Below are positions 25,255 through 35,584 of a stretch of DNA of 64,000 bases, piece after piece. This DNA is from Nitrospinota bacterium. Its GTDB lineage: Bacteria > Nitrospinota_A > UBA7883 > JADGGD01. The position numbers and the translations under genes are program-made. Each line of letters opens with the position of its first letter. Position 1 is the first letter of the stretch. Below the pieces are notes generated by a model. That model did no database searches, was not told where the DNA came from, and saw only the letters and a program-made list of their open reading frames with translations. The stretch is from the NCBI GenBank assembly GCA_942491805.1, contig CALOCG010000039.1, positions 28 to 64,027 on the forward strand, given 5' to 3'.

Positions 25255-26576
25255 TCAGTCGACATGTTTGCGGATAAAGGTGGGGATATCGAGATCGTCG
25301 TCTTCCGCGCTCCCTCGCATCGGGCGCAAGGTGGAGCGTTGGATCAACGGCCTTTCGGGGGCGATCACCCGTCGCGGGGATTCCCCGCTTTCGCTTTTCG
25401 CCACACGTCCGTTATTACCCACCACCTGCACGGGGGCGGCCCCGTGGGTGCCGGTGGCGGCGGTGATCCGGGTGGAGACTAGGTTCGAGCCCCCCGCTTT
25501 GATCCGGCTCTCCCGGTCTTGCGTTTCGAGTCGCTTGAGAATCTCCTGTTCCCGCGCCTGCTCGGAGACACTCTGGAAGCCGGTGGCGATGACGGTAACG
25601 CGCACCTTCTCTCCCATCGACTCGTCGAAGAGCGAACCGAAGAAGACGTCGGCGTCGGGGTGAGCCGCGTCGGTGATGTAGGTGGCCGCTTCATTGATCT
25701 CGTGCAAGGTCATGTCGGGGCCGCCGGTGATGTTGATCAGAATGCCGCGCGCCCCTTCGATGGAGGAGTCTTCCAACAGCGGACTGTTGATCGCCGACTG
25801 GGCGGCGTCGAGCGCCCGGCTGTCCCCCTGGCCGATGCCGACCCCCATCAGGGCCAGCCCCTGTTCGCCCATGACCGACTGGACGTCGGCGAAGTCGACG
25901 TTGATGTAGCCGGTGCCGGTGATCAGTTCGGATATCCCTTTCACCGCCTTGGTCAAGACCCCGTCGGCGATGGCGAAAGCTTTTTGGGCCGGAGTGTTCT
26001 TCGGCACGTAGCCGAGGAGCTGCTGGTTCGGGATGACGATCAAGGTATCGACTGATTTCCTGAACTCTTCGAGTCCCCGGTCGGCGTTGGCCATCCGCCG
26101 TTTTCCTTCGAAGCTAAACGGTTTCGTCACCACGCCGACGGTAAGGGCGCCCTCTTCGCGGGCGATCCGGGCGATGACCGGGGCGGCGCCGGTTCCGGTG
26201 CCTCCCCCCATTCCGGCGGTGACGAAGACCATGTCGGCGCCTTTCAAGGCGGCCCTGATCGCCTCTTCGTCTTCGCGGGCGGCCGCTTCGCCGACTTCCG
26301 GCTTACCCCCGGCGCCCAACCCCCGGGTCAGCTCCCGCCCGAGCTGGAGTTTCAACGGAATCGGGGTCGACCGGAGCGCTTGGGCGTCGGTGTTGGTGAC
26401 GATGAACTCGACGCCGCTGATCCCTTCGTTGTACATGGTGCGGACGGCGTTGCCGCCCCCCCCCCCCCGGCGCCGATGACTTTGATGGTGGCGGCGAAGT
26501 TATCGCCCGACGCGTCGTCGCCGTAATCGAAGAAGACTTGTCCGCCGTCTCCATCCAAGAATCCGAAATCTGCCAT
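25255..26576 (-). CDS. ftsZ: cell division GTPase FtsZ (frame broken in a 13-C run at 26456-26468)
   Basis: Track ORF 26352..26576 ends '...[12 protein letters not shown]' and ORF 25255..26436 continues '[21 protein letters not shown]...[13 protein letters not shown]'. The break falls in the poly-Gly codon run of the GGGGGN loop. The span is 1322 nt (3n+2). Confidence 0.93.
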
Positions 26577-26649
26577 GATGTCCTCCTGCCTTTATCTATG
26601 CGTATATCGGTTCTCGAAGCGCCCCCGCGCTCCGTTTTTCAAGCCGTAA

Positions 26650-27885
26650 TCAGAAAAAGTCCCGAATCCATCCCCGCATCCGGGCCGCCACCTTTTCAAA
26701 CAGGTCACGTCCTTTCAGGCTGGGATGCCGTCCATCCAACGCGTTCTGCATGCCGTGTCGCACCAGCCCCACCACCGTGGCGTATTGCGGGCTGTCGACC
26801 AGATCGGCCAGGCCGATGACCCCTTTGGGGAGGCCGAGCCGCACCGGCAGTTCGAAGACTTCCTGCGCCACTTCGACGATCCCGTCGAGCTGGGCGGCGC
26901 CGCCGGTCAGAACGATCCCCGAGGCGAGCTGGTTGTGATAGCCGGAAAGCTCGATCTCCTGTCTTGCCAACATGAATATCTCGACCATGCGCGGTTCGAT
27001 GATGTCGGTCAGGACACGCCGGGAGAGCTCCCGCGACTCCCGTCCGCCGACGCCGGGAACCCGGATCATCTCGTCGGGTCCGACCAACGCCGAAGCGGCG
27101 CAACCGTATTGCCGTTTGATCTTTTCCGCTTCGTGGTTCGGGGTCCGCAAACCGATGGCGATATCGTTGGTCAGGTTGGTCCCCCCCAACGCCACCACGC
27201 TGGTCGCTTTAATGCTGTTGTTCTTGAAGAGCGCGATATCGCAAGTCCCTCCCCCCATATCGACCAGGGCGACGCCGAGCTCCTTTTCGTCTTCGTCGAG
27301 GGAGGCGTCGGCGGCGGCCAGTTGCTCCACCACGATATCGTTCACCTCCAGCCCGGCCCGGTTCACCGACCGGATGATGTTCTGCGCCGAGGTGACGGCG
27401 CCGGTGATGATATGGACCTTCGCCTCCAACCGGACGCCGTTCATGCCGATCGGTTTGAGAATGCCGTCTTGATCGTCGACGACGTAGTCTTGCGGAATGA
27501 CGTGGATCACTTCACGATCCATCGGGATGTTGACCGCTTTGGCGGCGTCGATGACCCGTTCGACATCGAGCCCGGTCACCTCACCCCCCTTGACGGCGAT
27601 GACGCCGTGGGAGTTGATCCCTTTGATATGGCCTCCCGCCACGCCGACGTAGACCGATTCGACTTCGATCCCGGCCATGGTTTCGGCCTCTTCCACCGCC
27701 CGTTTGATCGACTCGACAGTCGCTTCGATGTTCACCACCACCCCTTTGCGGAGGCCGTGTGACGGAGCGGAGCCGACGCCGATGATATCCATGGCGTCCC
27801 CCCCGTCGGTGGCTTGGGCTATCAGGCAGCAGATCTTCGCCGTGCCGATGTCGAGCCCTACAATCATCTCCCGCTCTTTGGCCAT
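26650..27885 (-). CDS. ftsA: cell division protein FtsA
   Basis: 'IVGLDIGTAKICCLIA' actin-fold start, 'DMGGGTCDIA'. 411 aa, immediately upstream of ftsZ. Confidence 0.93.
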   Translation of the reverse strand: MAKEREMIVGLDIGTAKICCLIAQATDGGDAMDIIGVGSAPSHGLRKGVVVNIEATVESIKRAVEEAETMAGIEVESVYVGVAGGHIKGINSHGVIAVKGGEVTGLDVERVIDAAKAVNIPMDREVIHVIPQDYVVDDQDGILKPIGMNGVRLEAKVHIITGAVTSAQNIIRSVNRAGLEVNDIVVEQLAAADASLDEDEKELGVALVDMGGGTCDIALFKNNSIKATSVVALGGTNLTNDIAIGLRTPNHEAEKIKRQYGCAASALVGPDEMIRVPGVGGRESRELSRRVLTDIIEPRMVEIFMLARQEIELSGYHNQLASGIVLTGGAAQLDGIVEVAQEVFELPVRLGLPKGVIGLADLVDSPQYATVVGLVRHGMQNALDGRHPSLKGRDLFEKVAARMRGWIRDFF

Positions 27886-27891
27886 CTTCTT

Positions 27892-28767
27892 TTACGCTCC
27901 CTTCGCCGCTTGATTCTCGCCGGTGAATGTGACGACCACTTTCCCGTCGAACAGCAGGTTTATTCGATCAACATCGGCTCGCTTGTGGCGCAACAGGTAA
28001 TCGACCGTCGCCAGACGGGCCAGTTCGTCCCGCCACGCGCCCCGAGGCGCCGCCACCACGGCGGTCAGCCCCGTAAAGGTCAGATCCAGCCGGTCGGGCC
28101 GGGCGACGTCAACCGACGCCAGTCCACCGATCCCCAGCAGTTTGTAGCCGCCGAGCCGACGCCCCACCTTCACCGCCGGATCGAAAACCGACGGGTCGAT
28201 GTAGTCGCCCGGTTTCGCCTCCTTCGGCAATACGACCCCTCGCACGGTGACGACGGCGAAGGGATCGTCGGCCTCTACGGCCCGTGCGTCGAGCAGCACG
28301 CCGTGCGCGTCGACCAACCATCGGCGGGCGCCGGAGACGATCCCGGCCACGGGGCGCCGTTCGGTCACTTCGACGGTCAACCGGTCGGGAAGATCGCGGC
28401 GGACGTTGACCTTCTCGATCCACGGATGCGACGCCAACGCTTCGCCCAGTTCGTCGAGGTCGAGTTCCAATATCTGGCGGCCCAAGATGGCGGTCAGCCC
28501 CTTTTCGATCTCTTCTTTGGTCACCTCGCCGTTGCCGACGATACGGACCGCGCTGACGGTCAGGTATTCGCTCTTGGTGGCCGCTTCGTAGCCGACCATG
28601 GCGCCGAAACCGACTCCCCCCAACAGGAGAGTGATCCCCGCGGCGGCGCCGAGCATGATAATCCCCCGCACGGCGACCTTCCCCCACGACACACCGGTCT
28701 TGGTCGGCGCTTTTTTTGTACGGCGACGCACCTCTTCGACCCTGTGGGGGGGGGTTCTAACGGCCAT
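27892..28767 (-). CDS. ftsQ: cell division protein FtsQ (POTRA domain)
   Basis: N-terminal TM helix, POTRA-like 'VSAVRIVGNGEVTKEEIE', 'HPWIEKVNVRRDLPDRLTVEVTER'. Located between ddl and ftsA. Confidence 0.85.
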   Translation of the reverse strand: MAVRTPPHRVEEVRRRTKKAPTKTGVSWGKVAVRGIIMLGAAAGITLLLGGVGFGAMVGYEAATKSEYLTVSAVRIVGNGEVTKEEIEKGLTAILGRQILELDLDELGEALASHPWIEKVNVRRDLPDRLTVEVTERRPVAGIVSGARRWLVDAHGVLLDARAVEADDPFAVVTVRGVVLPKEAKPGDYIDPSVFDPAVKVGRRLGGYKLLGIGGLASVDVARPDRLDLTFTGLTAVVAAPRGAWRDELARLATVDYLLRHKRADVDRINLLFDGKVVVTFTGENQAAKGA

Positions 28768-29689
28768 CGAGCGCCTCCTTCAGTGTCTTTTCCACCACGT
28801 CGTCAAAGCTCATTCCGGCCGCTTCGGCGCCTTTCGGTATCAGGCTCGTCTCGGTCATGCCGGGGATGGTGTTTAATTCGATGAGCCACAACCCCCCATC
28901 GGCGTCGAGGATCAGTTCCGACCGAGTGACCCCTTTGCAACCGAGCGCCCGATGCAGCGCCATCACCATCGCTTGCGCGTCGCGGGCCGTCGTCTCGTCG
29001 ATCTTCGCCGGGACCTGGTAGCGGGTCTGACCGGGGGTATACTTTTTCGCGTAGTCGTAAAAACCGTCGGCCACCACCACTTCGATGACCGGCAACGGTT
29101 CTCCGCCGACCACGCCAACGGTCAAGAGTCGTCCGTCGATCAACCGCTCCACCAACGCCTGCCGGTCTTCGGCCAAGGCTTTTTCGAGCGCCCCTCGGAG
29201 CGCGCTCTCTTCTCGAATGAGGCTGATGCCGAGCGACGATCCACCGGCCACCGGCTTGACGGCGGCGGGGGCGAAGAGCCCCGTGGGAAGACCGGCTTTC
29301 ATTTCGTCGCGGGTGACGACGACCCAGTCGGGGGTTTGAACGCCGATCTGCCGGGCGACGATTTTGGTCAACGCTTTGTCCATGGCGATAGCCGACGCCG
29401 CGACGCCGGAGCCGGTGTAGGGAATCCCCATCAGCTCGAGCATCCCCTGTACGCAACCATCTTCACCATAGGCGCCGTGAAGAGCGATGAAGGCGACGTC
29501 GGCTTGGCTCATCCGCAGTTGATCGGCCAGATCGCGCCCCACGTCGATGCCGACGGCGTTGACGCCGAGCCGCCCCAAGGACGACAAGACGGCGGCGCCG
29601 GTTTTGAGACTGATCTCCCGTTCGTTGGAGAGCCCGCCCATCAGGACGACGACCTTCCTGCCGGCGACGATCTTTTTGATGGAGCTCAT
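28757..29689 (-). CDS. ddl: D-alanine--D-alanine ligase
   Basis: 'VVVLMGGLSNEREISL', 'ALHGAYGEDGCVQGMLE' and 'ELNTIPGMT' motifs. 310 aa. Confidence 0.93.
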   Translation of the reverse strand: MSSIKKIVAGRKVVVLMGGLSNEREISLKTGAAVLSSLGRLGVNAVGIDVGRDLADQLRMSQADVAFIALHGAYGEDGCVQGMLELMGIPYTGSGVAASAIAMDKALTKIVARQIGVQTPDWVVVTRDEMKAGLPTGLFAPAAVKPVAGGSSLGISLIREESALRGALEKALAEDRQALVERLIDGRLLTVGVVGGEPLPVIEVVVADGFYDYAKKYTPGQTRYQVPAKIDETTARDAQAMVMALHRALGCKGVTRSELILDADGGLWLIELNTIPGMTETSLIPKGAEAAGMSFDDVVEKTLKEALDGR

Positions 29690-30573
29690 CGGTCGAAATC
29701 TCCCAAGAGCCGTATCTCCCGCTCCAGACGAATTCCGAACGCCTCTTCGACACGGGCTTCGACCTTGCCGATAAGGGTCGCGATGTCGGTGGCGGTAGCG
29801 TCGCCGGTGTTGACGATGAAGTTGGCGTGTTTCTTCGACACCATGGCGCCGCCGACGGCGGTTCCTTTCATGCCGACCGCTTCGATGAGCCGTCCGGCGT
29901 AGTCTCCCGTCGGATTCTTAAACACCGATCCGGCGGAGGGGAGGTCGAGCGGTTGGGTCGCTTTCCTCCGATCGTATCCTTCCCGCATGGCCCGATGGAT
30001 CGTCTCGGGATTCCCTTTCTTAAACCGCATGGTCGCTTCGACGATCACGCTTCCTTCGGGGAAGGCGGAAGTCCGATAACCGAACCGGCAAGCGGCGGCG
30101 GAGATCTCTTCGGTCAGTCCGTCGGCCCGGACGAGGGTCACCTTTTCAACGACGCCACGCATGTCGCCGTGGGTTGTTCCGGCGTTCATCTTCAACGCCC
30201 CCCCGACGGTTCCGGGGAGGCCGTAGCCGAAGGCGAAACCGTCGATCCCCTGTTTCATGAAGAGCCCGGCCAGTTTGGTCATGTCACATCCGGCGCCGAC
30301 ATGGGCCACCACGTCGTCGCCGTGGACGGTGATCTGCAACGTCTCCATGGTTCCGGCCAAGAGAAGGACGGTCCCCCGTATCCCGCTGTCCGCGACCAGG
30401 AGATTCGACCCTCCGCCGATGACGGCGGTCACGTCGCCGGCGCTCAGCCATTGGGCGACACTTTCGACCTCCCCGGGTATGACGAGCCGGTCGGCGGCGC
30501 CCCCCACTTTGTAGGTGGTGTGGCGAGCCAGTCGCGCCCGTTCGACGATCCGTTCTTCCATGACCACGTTCAT
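29686..30573 (-). CDS. murB: UDP-N-acetylenolpyruvoylglucosamine reductase
   Basis: 'HTTYKVGGAADRL', 'GGGSNLLV' and 'PSAGSVFKNP' motifs. 295 aa. Confidence 0.92.
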   Translation of the reverse strand: MNVVMEERIVERARLARHTTYKVGGAADRLVIPGEVESVAQWLSAGDVTAVIGGGSNLLVADSGIRGTVLLLAGTMETLQITVHGDDVVAHVGAGCDMTKLAGLFMKQGIDGFAFGYGLPGTVGGALKMNAGTTHGDMRGVVEKVTLVRADGLTEEISAAACRFGYRTSAFPEGSVIVEATMRFKKGNPETIHRAMREGYDRRKATQPLDLPSAGSVFKNPTGDYAGRLIEAVGMKGTAVGGAMVSKKHANFIVNTGDATATDIATLIGKVEARVEEAFGIRLEREIRLLGDFDR

Positions 30574-31958
30574 CCTCTCCCCCGCGCCGTAAGGGTCTGC
30601 ACCACCGCATCGCTCACTTTGGTGATGTCCCCCGCTCCGAGGGTCAGGATGATGTCCCCCTCTTTGGCCATGTCGGCCAGCAGGCCGGGAAGTTCGCTCT
30701 TGTCGGCGACGTAGCGGGCGCCTTTTTTTCCGTGGGCGACAACCCCTTTGGCTACCGCTTCGCCGGTCAACCCTTCGACCGGCGCTTCGCCGGCCGGATA
30801 GATATCGGTGACGATCAGCTCGTCGGCGTCGTAGAAGGCTTTGTGAAAATCGGCTAACTGGTCGCGGGTCCGGCTGTAGCGATGGGGTTGGAAGGCGACG
30901 ATGAGACGGTGGTCGGGAAACCCCTCTTTGACGCCGCGCAAGGTGGCGCGGACTTCGTTGGGGTGATGGCCGTAGTCGTCGAGAACCATGACGCCGTCGA
31001 TCTCCCCTTTTCGTTGCAACCGTCGTTGCACCCCGGCGAACCCTTGCAGAGAATCGACCACATCTTCGGCTTTCATCTCCAGCTCGAACCCGACGGTAAG
31101 GGCGGCCAGCGCGTTATAGACGTTATGAATCCCCGGCATCCCGATGGAGAGCCGCCCCACTTCCCGGCCGAAGGCGACGACGGTGAACGACGAATCGAAT
31201 CGGGAGAAGGTGACGTCGCGGGCCATCACGTCGGCGGAGGCGTTGATGCCGTAGGTGATGAACCGTTTCTTCAAACGGGGGATCAGCTCCTGCACCGCCG
31301 CGTCGTCGAGGCAGAGGATGGCGGCGCCGTAGAAGGGGACTTTATTAATAAACTGGACGAAAGCCGATTTCACCGCGTCGTAGGAGCCGTAGTAGTCGAG
31401 ATGTTCGGCGTCGATGTTAGTGACGATGGCGATGGTCGAGTAGAGGTTCAGAAACGATCCGTCCGACTCGTCGGCTTCGGCCACCAGATAGTCCCCCGCC
31501 CCCAGCTTGGCGCCGGAACCCAAACGGTCGAGCCGTCCGCCGATGATGATCGTCGGATCGAACTTGCCCCGCGACAAGACCATGCTGGCCATGGAGGTGG
31601 TGGTGGTCTTGCCGTGGGAACCGCCGACCGCTACGGCGTATTTCATCCGCATCAGCTCGGCGAGCATCTCCGCCCGGGGGATCACGGGGATGAGACGCGA
31701 CCGGGCCTCCTCCACTTCGGGGTTGCTCTCTTTGACGGCGGAGCTGATGACCACCACTTCGGCGGCGCCGACGTGGGCCGCTTCGTGACCGATATGAACC
31801 ACCGCACCGGCTGCCCGAAGACGGGCCACGGTCTCGCTCTCTGCGAGATCGGACCCGGCCACGTCGTAGCCCATCGAGAGTAATATCTCGGCGATGCCGC
31901 TCATGCCGGAGCCGCCGATGCCGACGAAGTGAATCCGTTTGGTCCGTCTGAATTTCAT
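30570..31958 (-). CDS. murC: UDP-N-acetylmuramate--L-alanine ligase
   Basis: 'IHFVGIGGSGMSGIAEIL', 'GSHGKTTTTSM'. 462 aa. Confidence 0.93.
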   Translation of the reverse strand: MKFRRTKRIHFVGIGGSGMSGIAEILLSMGYDVAGSDLAESETVARLRAAGAVVHIGHEAAHVGAAEVVVISSAVKESNPEVEEARSRLIPVIPRAEMLAELMRMKYAVAVGGSHGKTTTTSMASMVLSRGKFDPTIIIGGRLDRLGSGAKLGAGDYLVAEADESDGSFLNLYSTIAIVTNIDAEHLDYYGSYDAVKSAFVQFINKVPFYGAAILCLDDAAVQELIPRLKKRFITYGINASADVMARDVTFSRFDSSFTVVAFGREVGRLSIGMPGIHNVYNALAALTVGFELEMKAEDVVDSLQGFAGVQRRLQRKGEIDGVMVLDDYGHHPNEVRATLRGVKEGFPDHRLIVAFQPHRYSRTRDQLADFHKAFYDADELIVTDIYPAGEAPVEGLTGEAVAKGVVAHGKKGARYVADKSELPGLLADMAKEGDIILTLGAGDITKVSDAVVQTLTARGRG

Positions 31959-31969
31959 TCCCGCTTCTC

Positions 31970-33055
31970 CTACGCCGCTCGTCGATGGGCGACGGTGTTG
32001 ATGATGGCGTCAACGATATCTTTGGCCGCGTGGGGTCGGGCCATGGCGCGGGCCGCTTCCCCCATGGCTTTCAGGCGACGCCGATCTTTGGCCAACCGGA
32101 TGATCGCCTCCACCGCCACGGCGCCGTTAAAGTAGCGGTCGGCCACCAGTTCGGCGGCCCCGGCTTTAACCATCACCTCGGCGTTTTTCGTTTGATGATC
32201 GTCGGCGGCGTGGGGGTAGGGCACATACAAGGCGCCTCGTCCCGCCGCGCAGATTTCCGACACGGCGCCGGCGCCGGAGCGGCAGACGACCAGATCGGCC
32301 TCGGCCAAGCGGCGGGGCATGTCGTGGAAGAAGGGCGCCACTTCGTGAGGGATCGGGCAGGCGTCGTAGAGAGAGACGATCCGCTCGTAATCGGCGGGAC
32401 CGGTCTGGTGGACGATCTTTAGCGACACCCCGGAGGCGACCAACGCAGGGAGGGCTTGGATGACGGCGTCGTTGATGGTCCGCGCCCCTTGACTGCCGCC
32501 GAAGACGAAAAGGGAGAAGACCCCCTCGGCAGGGCGTGGGGAGGTTTCGAAAAACGCAGGGCGGGCCGGGTTCCCGGTGAGGGTCACCCGTTCCATCGGC
32601 AAGACTTCGCCGCCGCCGGGCCACGAGGTAAATATCTGTCGGGCGCTTTTGGCGAGCCACCGGTTGGTGAGACCGGGCCGGGCGTTTTGTTCGGCGACGA
32701 AAAGGGGAATCCGCATGGTGACGGCGGCGATGCCGATGGCGCCTGAGGCGTAGCCGCCGACCCCCAACACCGCGTCGGGCGCCCATTGCCGGAGGATCGA
32801 CCGGGCCGACACCACCGCTCTGATTAGTTTCATCACCGCCACAAAGCGGGCCGCAAGCCCCTTCCCTTTGATGCCGGAGACCGACAGCGTTTTAAGGGGC
32901 AATCCTTCGCGTGGGAGGATGTTGTTTTCGGCGCCCCGATCCCCCCCGACAAAGAGGACGGCATGTTCGTCGCCGCGCGACAAGAGCTCGCGGGCCACCG
33001 CCACGCCGGGATAGACATGGCCGCCGGTCCCTCCGCCCGATATCAGGAGTCGCAT
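31970..33055 (-). CDS. murG: undecaprenyldiphospho-muramoylpentapeptide beta-N-acetylglucosaminyltransferase
   Basis: Start trimmed to 'MRLLISGGGTGGHVYPGVAVA' (ATG 33055) within track ORF 31970..33358. 361 aa. Confidence 0.92.
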   Translation of the reverse strand: MRLLISGGGTGGHVYPGVAVARELLSRGDEHAVLFVGGDRGAENNILPREGLPLKTLSVSGIKGKGLAARFVAVMKLIRAVVSARSILRQWAPDAVLGVGGYASGAIGIAAVTMRIPLFVAEQNARPGLTNRWLAKSARQIFTSWPGGGEVLPMERVTLTGNPARPAFFETSPRPAEGVFSLFVFGGSQGARTINDAVIQALPALVASGVSLKIVHQTGPADYERIVSLYDACPIPHEVAPFFHDMPRRLAEADLVVCRSGAGAVSEICAAGRGALYVPYPHAADDHQTKNAEVMVKAGAAELVADRYFNGAVAVEAIIRLAKDRRRLKAMGEAARAMARPHAAKDIVDAIINTVAHRRAA

Positions 33056-33057
33056 GG

Positions 33058-34227
33058 TCACCCCTCCTTCCCGCCGAAGGTGGCTCGCCACGAGCGTTGG
33101 GGGGCTTTGCCTCCCAACGAATGAGCGGCTCGGCTGGCTTCGGAGACGTTGGCGAGAAGCCCGATGGCGGTCATCCACATGACCAAGGCGGAGCCGCCCA
33201 ACGAGATAAAGGGGAGAGGCAATCCTTTGGTCGGAGCGATCCCCATGGCGACCGAAAGGTTGACCAGCGTCTGCAACGAGAAAGCGAAGGTGATGCCGAA
33301 GGCGAGATACATACCGAAAGGATCGGGCGCCGCAAGTCCGGCCCGAACGCCTCGCCACGCCAAGAGGGCGAAGAGGATCATGATGGCGATGCCGCCGATG
33401 AGCCCCAATTCTTCGCCGATGATGGCGAAGATAAAGTCGGTATGGGCTTCGGGGAGATAGAAAAGTTTCTGTTGGCTCTGCCCCAGTCCGGCGCCGGAGA
33501 TCCCCCCCCGCTCCAAGGCGACGTAGCTCTGGATAATCTGATAGCCGCTGTCGGCGCTATCTTTCCACGGGTCGAGGAACGAGAGGATCCGTTTGCGCCG
33601 ATAGCCGACGTTGTAGATCGACGCGTAGAGAATCGGCACGGCGACCAAACCGACCGTCAGCAGATAGACGGGGCGAATCCCGGCCACCCAGAAGAGAAAG
33701 AGGGAGACCGTTCCGATCACCATCGCCGTCCCCATATCGGGTTGCATCTGAATCATCAGCAGCGCGATGACCAGCGCCACGACGCAGGGGGCGAATCCGA
33801 AGGCGAAATGTTTGATGGCGCCCTCTTGCCCCTTCTTGGCCAACAGCGCGGCGAAGAAGACGATGAGCGACAGTTTGGCGAACTCGGCCGGTTGGAACGA
33901 ACCGACGCCGAGACTGATCCATCGTTGGGCGCCGTTGACTTTGTGGCCGAGGCCCGGAACAAAGACCAAGAAGAGGGCGATGATCGTGACAAGGTAGATG
34001 AGGTAGAAGTACTTCTCCAGCGCACGGTATTCGATCCGCATGGCGAGTACCATCCCGGAGAGGCCGATGCCCCCCCACATGAGCTGTCGTTTGAGGAAAT
34101 AGAGGGGATCGCCGAACCGGTCGGCCGCCATCACCGCCGACGACGAGTAGATCATCACCAGTCCAAAACAGAAAAGCGATACGGCGGCGCCAACGATGTA
34201 CCAGTCGGGATTTCGTTTAACCGGCAT
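33058..34227 (-). CDS. ftsW: peptidoglycan glycosyltransferase / lipid II flippase FtsW (SEDS family)
   Basis: Ten hydrophobic helices, 'LPEAHTDFIFAIIGEELG', 'PTKGLPLPFISLGGS'. Start taken at the ATG at 34227. Confidence 0.9.
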   Translation of the reverse strand: MPVKRNPDWYIVGAAVSLFCFGLVMIYSSSAVMAADRFGDPLYFLKRQLMWGGIGLSGMVLAMRIEYRALEKYFYLIYLVTIIALFLVFVPGLGHKVNGAQRWISLGVGSFQPAEFAKLSLIVFFAALLAKKGQEGAIKHFAFGFAPCVVALVIALLMIQMQPDMGTAMVIGTVSLFLFWVAGIRPVYLLTVGLVAVPILYASIYNVGYRRKRILSFLDPWKDSADSGYQIIQSYVALERGGISGAGLGQSQQKLFYLPEAHTDFIFAIIGEELGLIGGIAIMILFALLAWRGVRAGLAAPDPFGMYLAFGITFAFSLQTLVNLSVAMGIAPTKGLPLPFISLGGSALVMWMTAIGLLANVSEASRAAHSLGGKAPQRSWRATFGGKEG

Positions 34228-35584
34228 GCGCCTCCTCCCCCGCCAAGCGACGGGCCGCTTCGGCGAACCGGGCGCCCCGGTCGACATAGTTTTCGAACAT
34301 GTCGAAACTGGCGCAAGCCGGCGAGAGCAGAACCGTCTCTCCCGACGTGGCGAGCGAGCGCCCTTTTTTCACGGCGTCGCTCATATCGTCGGCGAAGAGC
34401 GTCGGCGTGAAGTCGCCCAAAGCATCGGCGATTTCCCGCGCCGTAACCCCGATGAGGACGACCCCTTTGCTATGACGCCGGATCGCTTCGGCCAAAGGGG
34501 CGAAGTCGGCGCCTTTGGACGACCCGCCAGCGATCAGAACGACATTCCGATCGAACCCTTCAAGCGATTTCAACGTCGCATCGACGTTGGTCCCTTTCGA
34601 GTCGTTAACGAAGGCGACCCCGTCGATCTCGACGATCTTTTCCATTCGATGGGGCAGACCGGTAAAGACGGCGATCCCCTTGCGGACGGTAGCGGTGTCG
34701 ATCCCCGCGACCCGCGCGGCCAGTGCCGCGGCGACGGCGTTTTCGACGTTATGGGCGCCGACGATCTGAAGGTCGGCGAGAGCGAAGAGCCGCTCCGTAA
34801 CGCCGCCGATCGCCGCCATGCAGGCGCCCTCTTCCACCCATGCGGCGCCGTTCGGATCGCCGAAGGTGAGGGTCGTGGCGTCGGCGGGCGCTTTCAGGTC
34901 GCTGGTCAGCGGGTCTGCGGCGTTGACAATCAACGTATCTCCGGCGCCCATCTTCGCGGCGACCCGACGTTTCAGCGAGACGTATCGCTCCATGCTTTTG
35001 TGCCGGTCGAGATGGTCGGGGGTGATGTTCAAGAGCAACCCGATCTTCGGGCGAAAGGTCGTGACCCCTTCGAACTGGAAGCTACTCACTTCGGCCACGA
35101 TCCAGTCGAACGCCTCTCCCACGGCGGTGATAAGGGGTTCCCCGAGGTTTCCGCCGGTGAAGACCTTCAATCCTGCGGCGGCGAGTATGTCGCCGATGAG
35201 GGTGGTGGTGGTCGACTTGCCGTTACTCCCGGTGACGGCGATGACCGGCGCGGTCAGATGCCGAAAGGCCAGCTCCACTTCGGAGATCATCTCCACCCCG
35301 GCGGCGCGGACCGTTTCGACGAAGGGCGCCTCCCACGGCACACCGGGAGAGATGACCGCCAGATTGAACGAGGCCGGATCGACGGCGTCGTGTCCGCCGA
35401 AGGCGTGCGTCACCGAGGCCGGCAGACCGGCGATTCGGTCGCCCAGCTTTTCCGCCGTAGCGGTGTCGGTGATGGTCACGCTGGCGCCACGCTGGACGAG
35501 AAACCGGGCGGCGGCCAGACCACTGGCGGCGGCGCCGATGACAAGCGCTCGCTTTCCCTGATACGTCGGCTCGGTCATGTCCAT
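34217..35584 (-). CDS. murD: UDP-N-acetylmuramoylalanine--D-glutamate ligase
   Basis: 'ALVIGAAASGLAAARFL', 'GSNGKSTTTTL'. The ATG at 35584 shares one base with the mraY stop (TGATG). Confidence 0.92.
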   Translation of the reverse strand: MDMTEPTYQGKRALVIGAAASGLAAARFLVQRGASVTITDTATAEKLGDRIAGLPASVTHAFGGHDAVDPASFNLAVISPGVPWEAPFVETVRAAGVEMISEVELAFRHLTAPVIAVTGSNGKSTTTTLIGDILAAAGLKVFTGGNLGEPLITAVGEAFDWIVAEVSSFQFEGVTTFRPKIGLLLNITPDHLDRHKSMERYVSLKRRVAAKMGAGDTLIVNAADPLTSDLKAPADATTLTFGDPNGAAWVEEGACMAAIGGVTERLFALADLQIVGAHNVENAVAAALAARVAGIDTATVRKGIAVFTGLPHRMEKIVEIDGVAFVNDSKGTNVDATLKSLEGFDRNVVLIAGGSSKGADFAPLAEAIRRHSKGVVLIGVTAREIADALGDFTPTLFADDMSDAVKKGRSLATSGETVLLSPACASFDMFENYVDRGARFAEAARRLAGEEAHAG

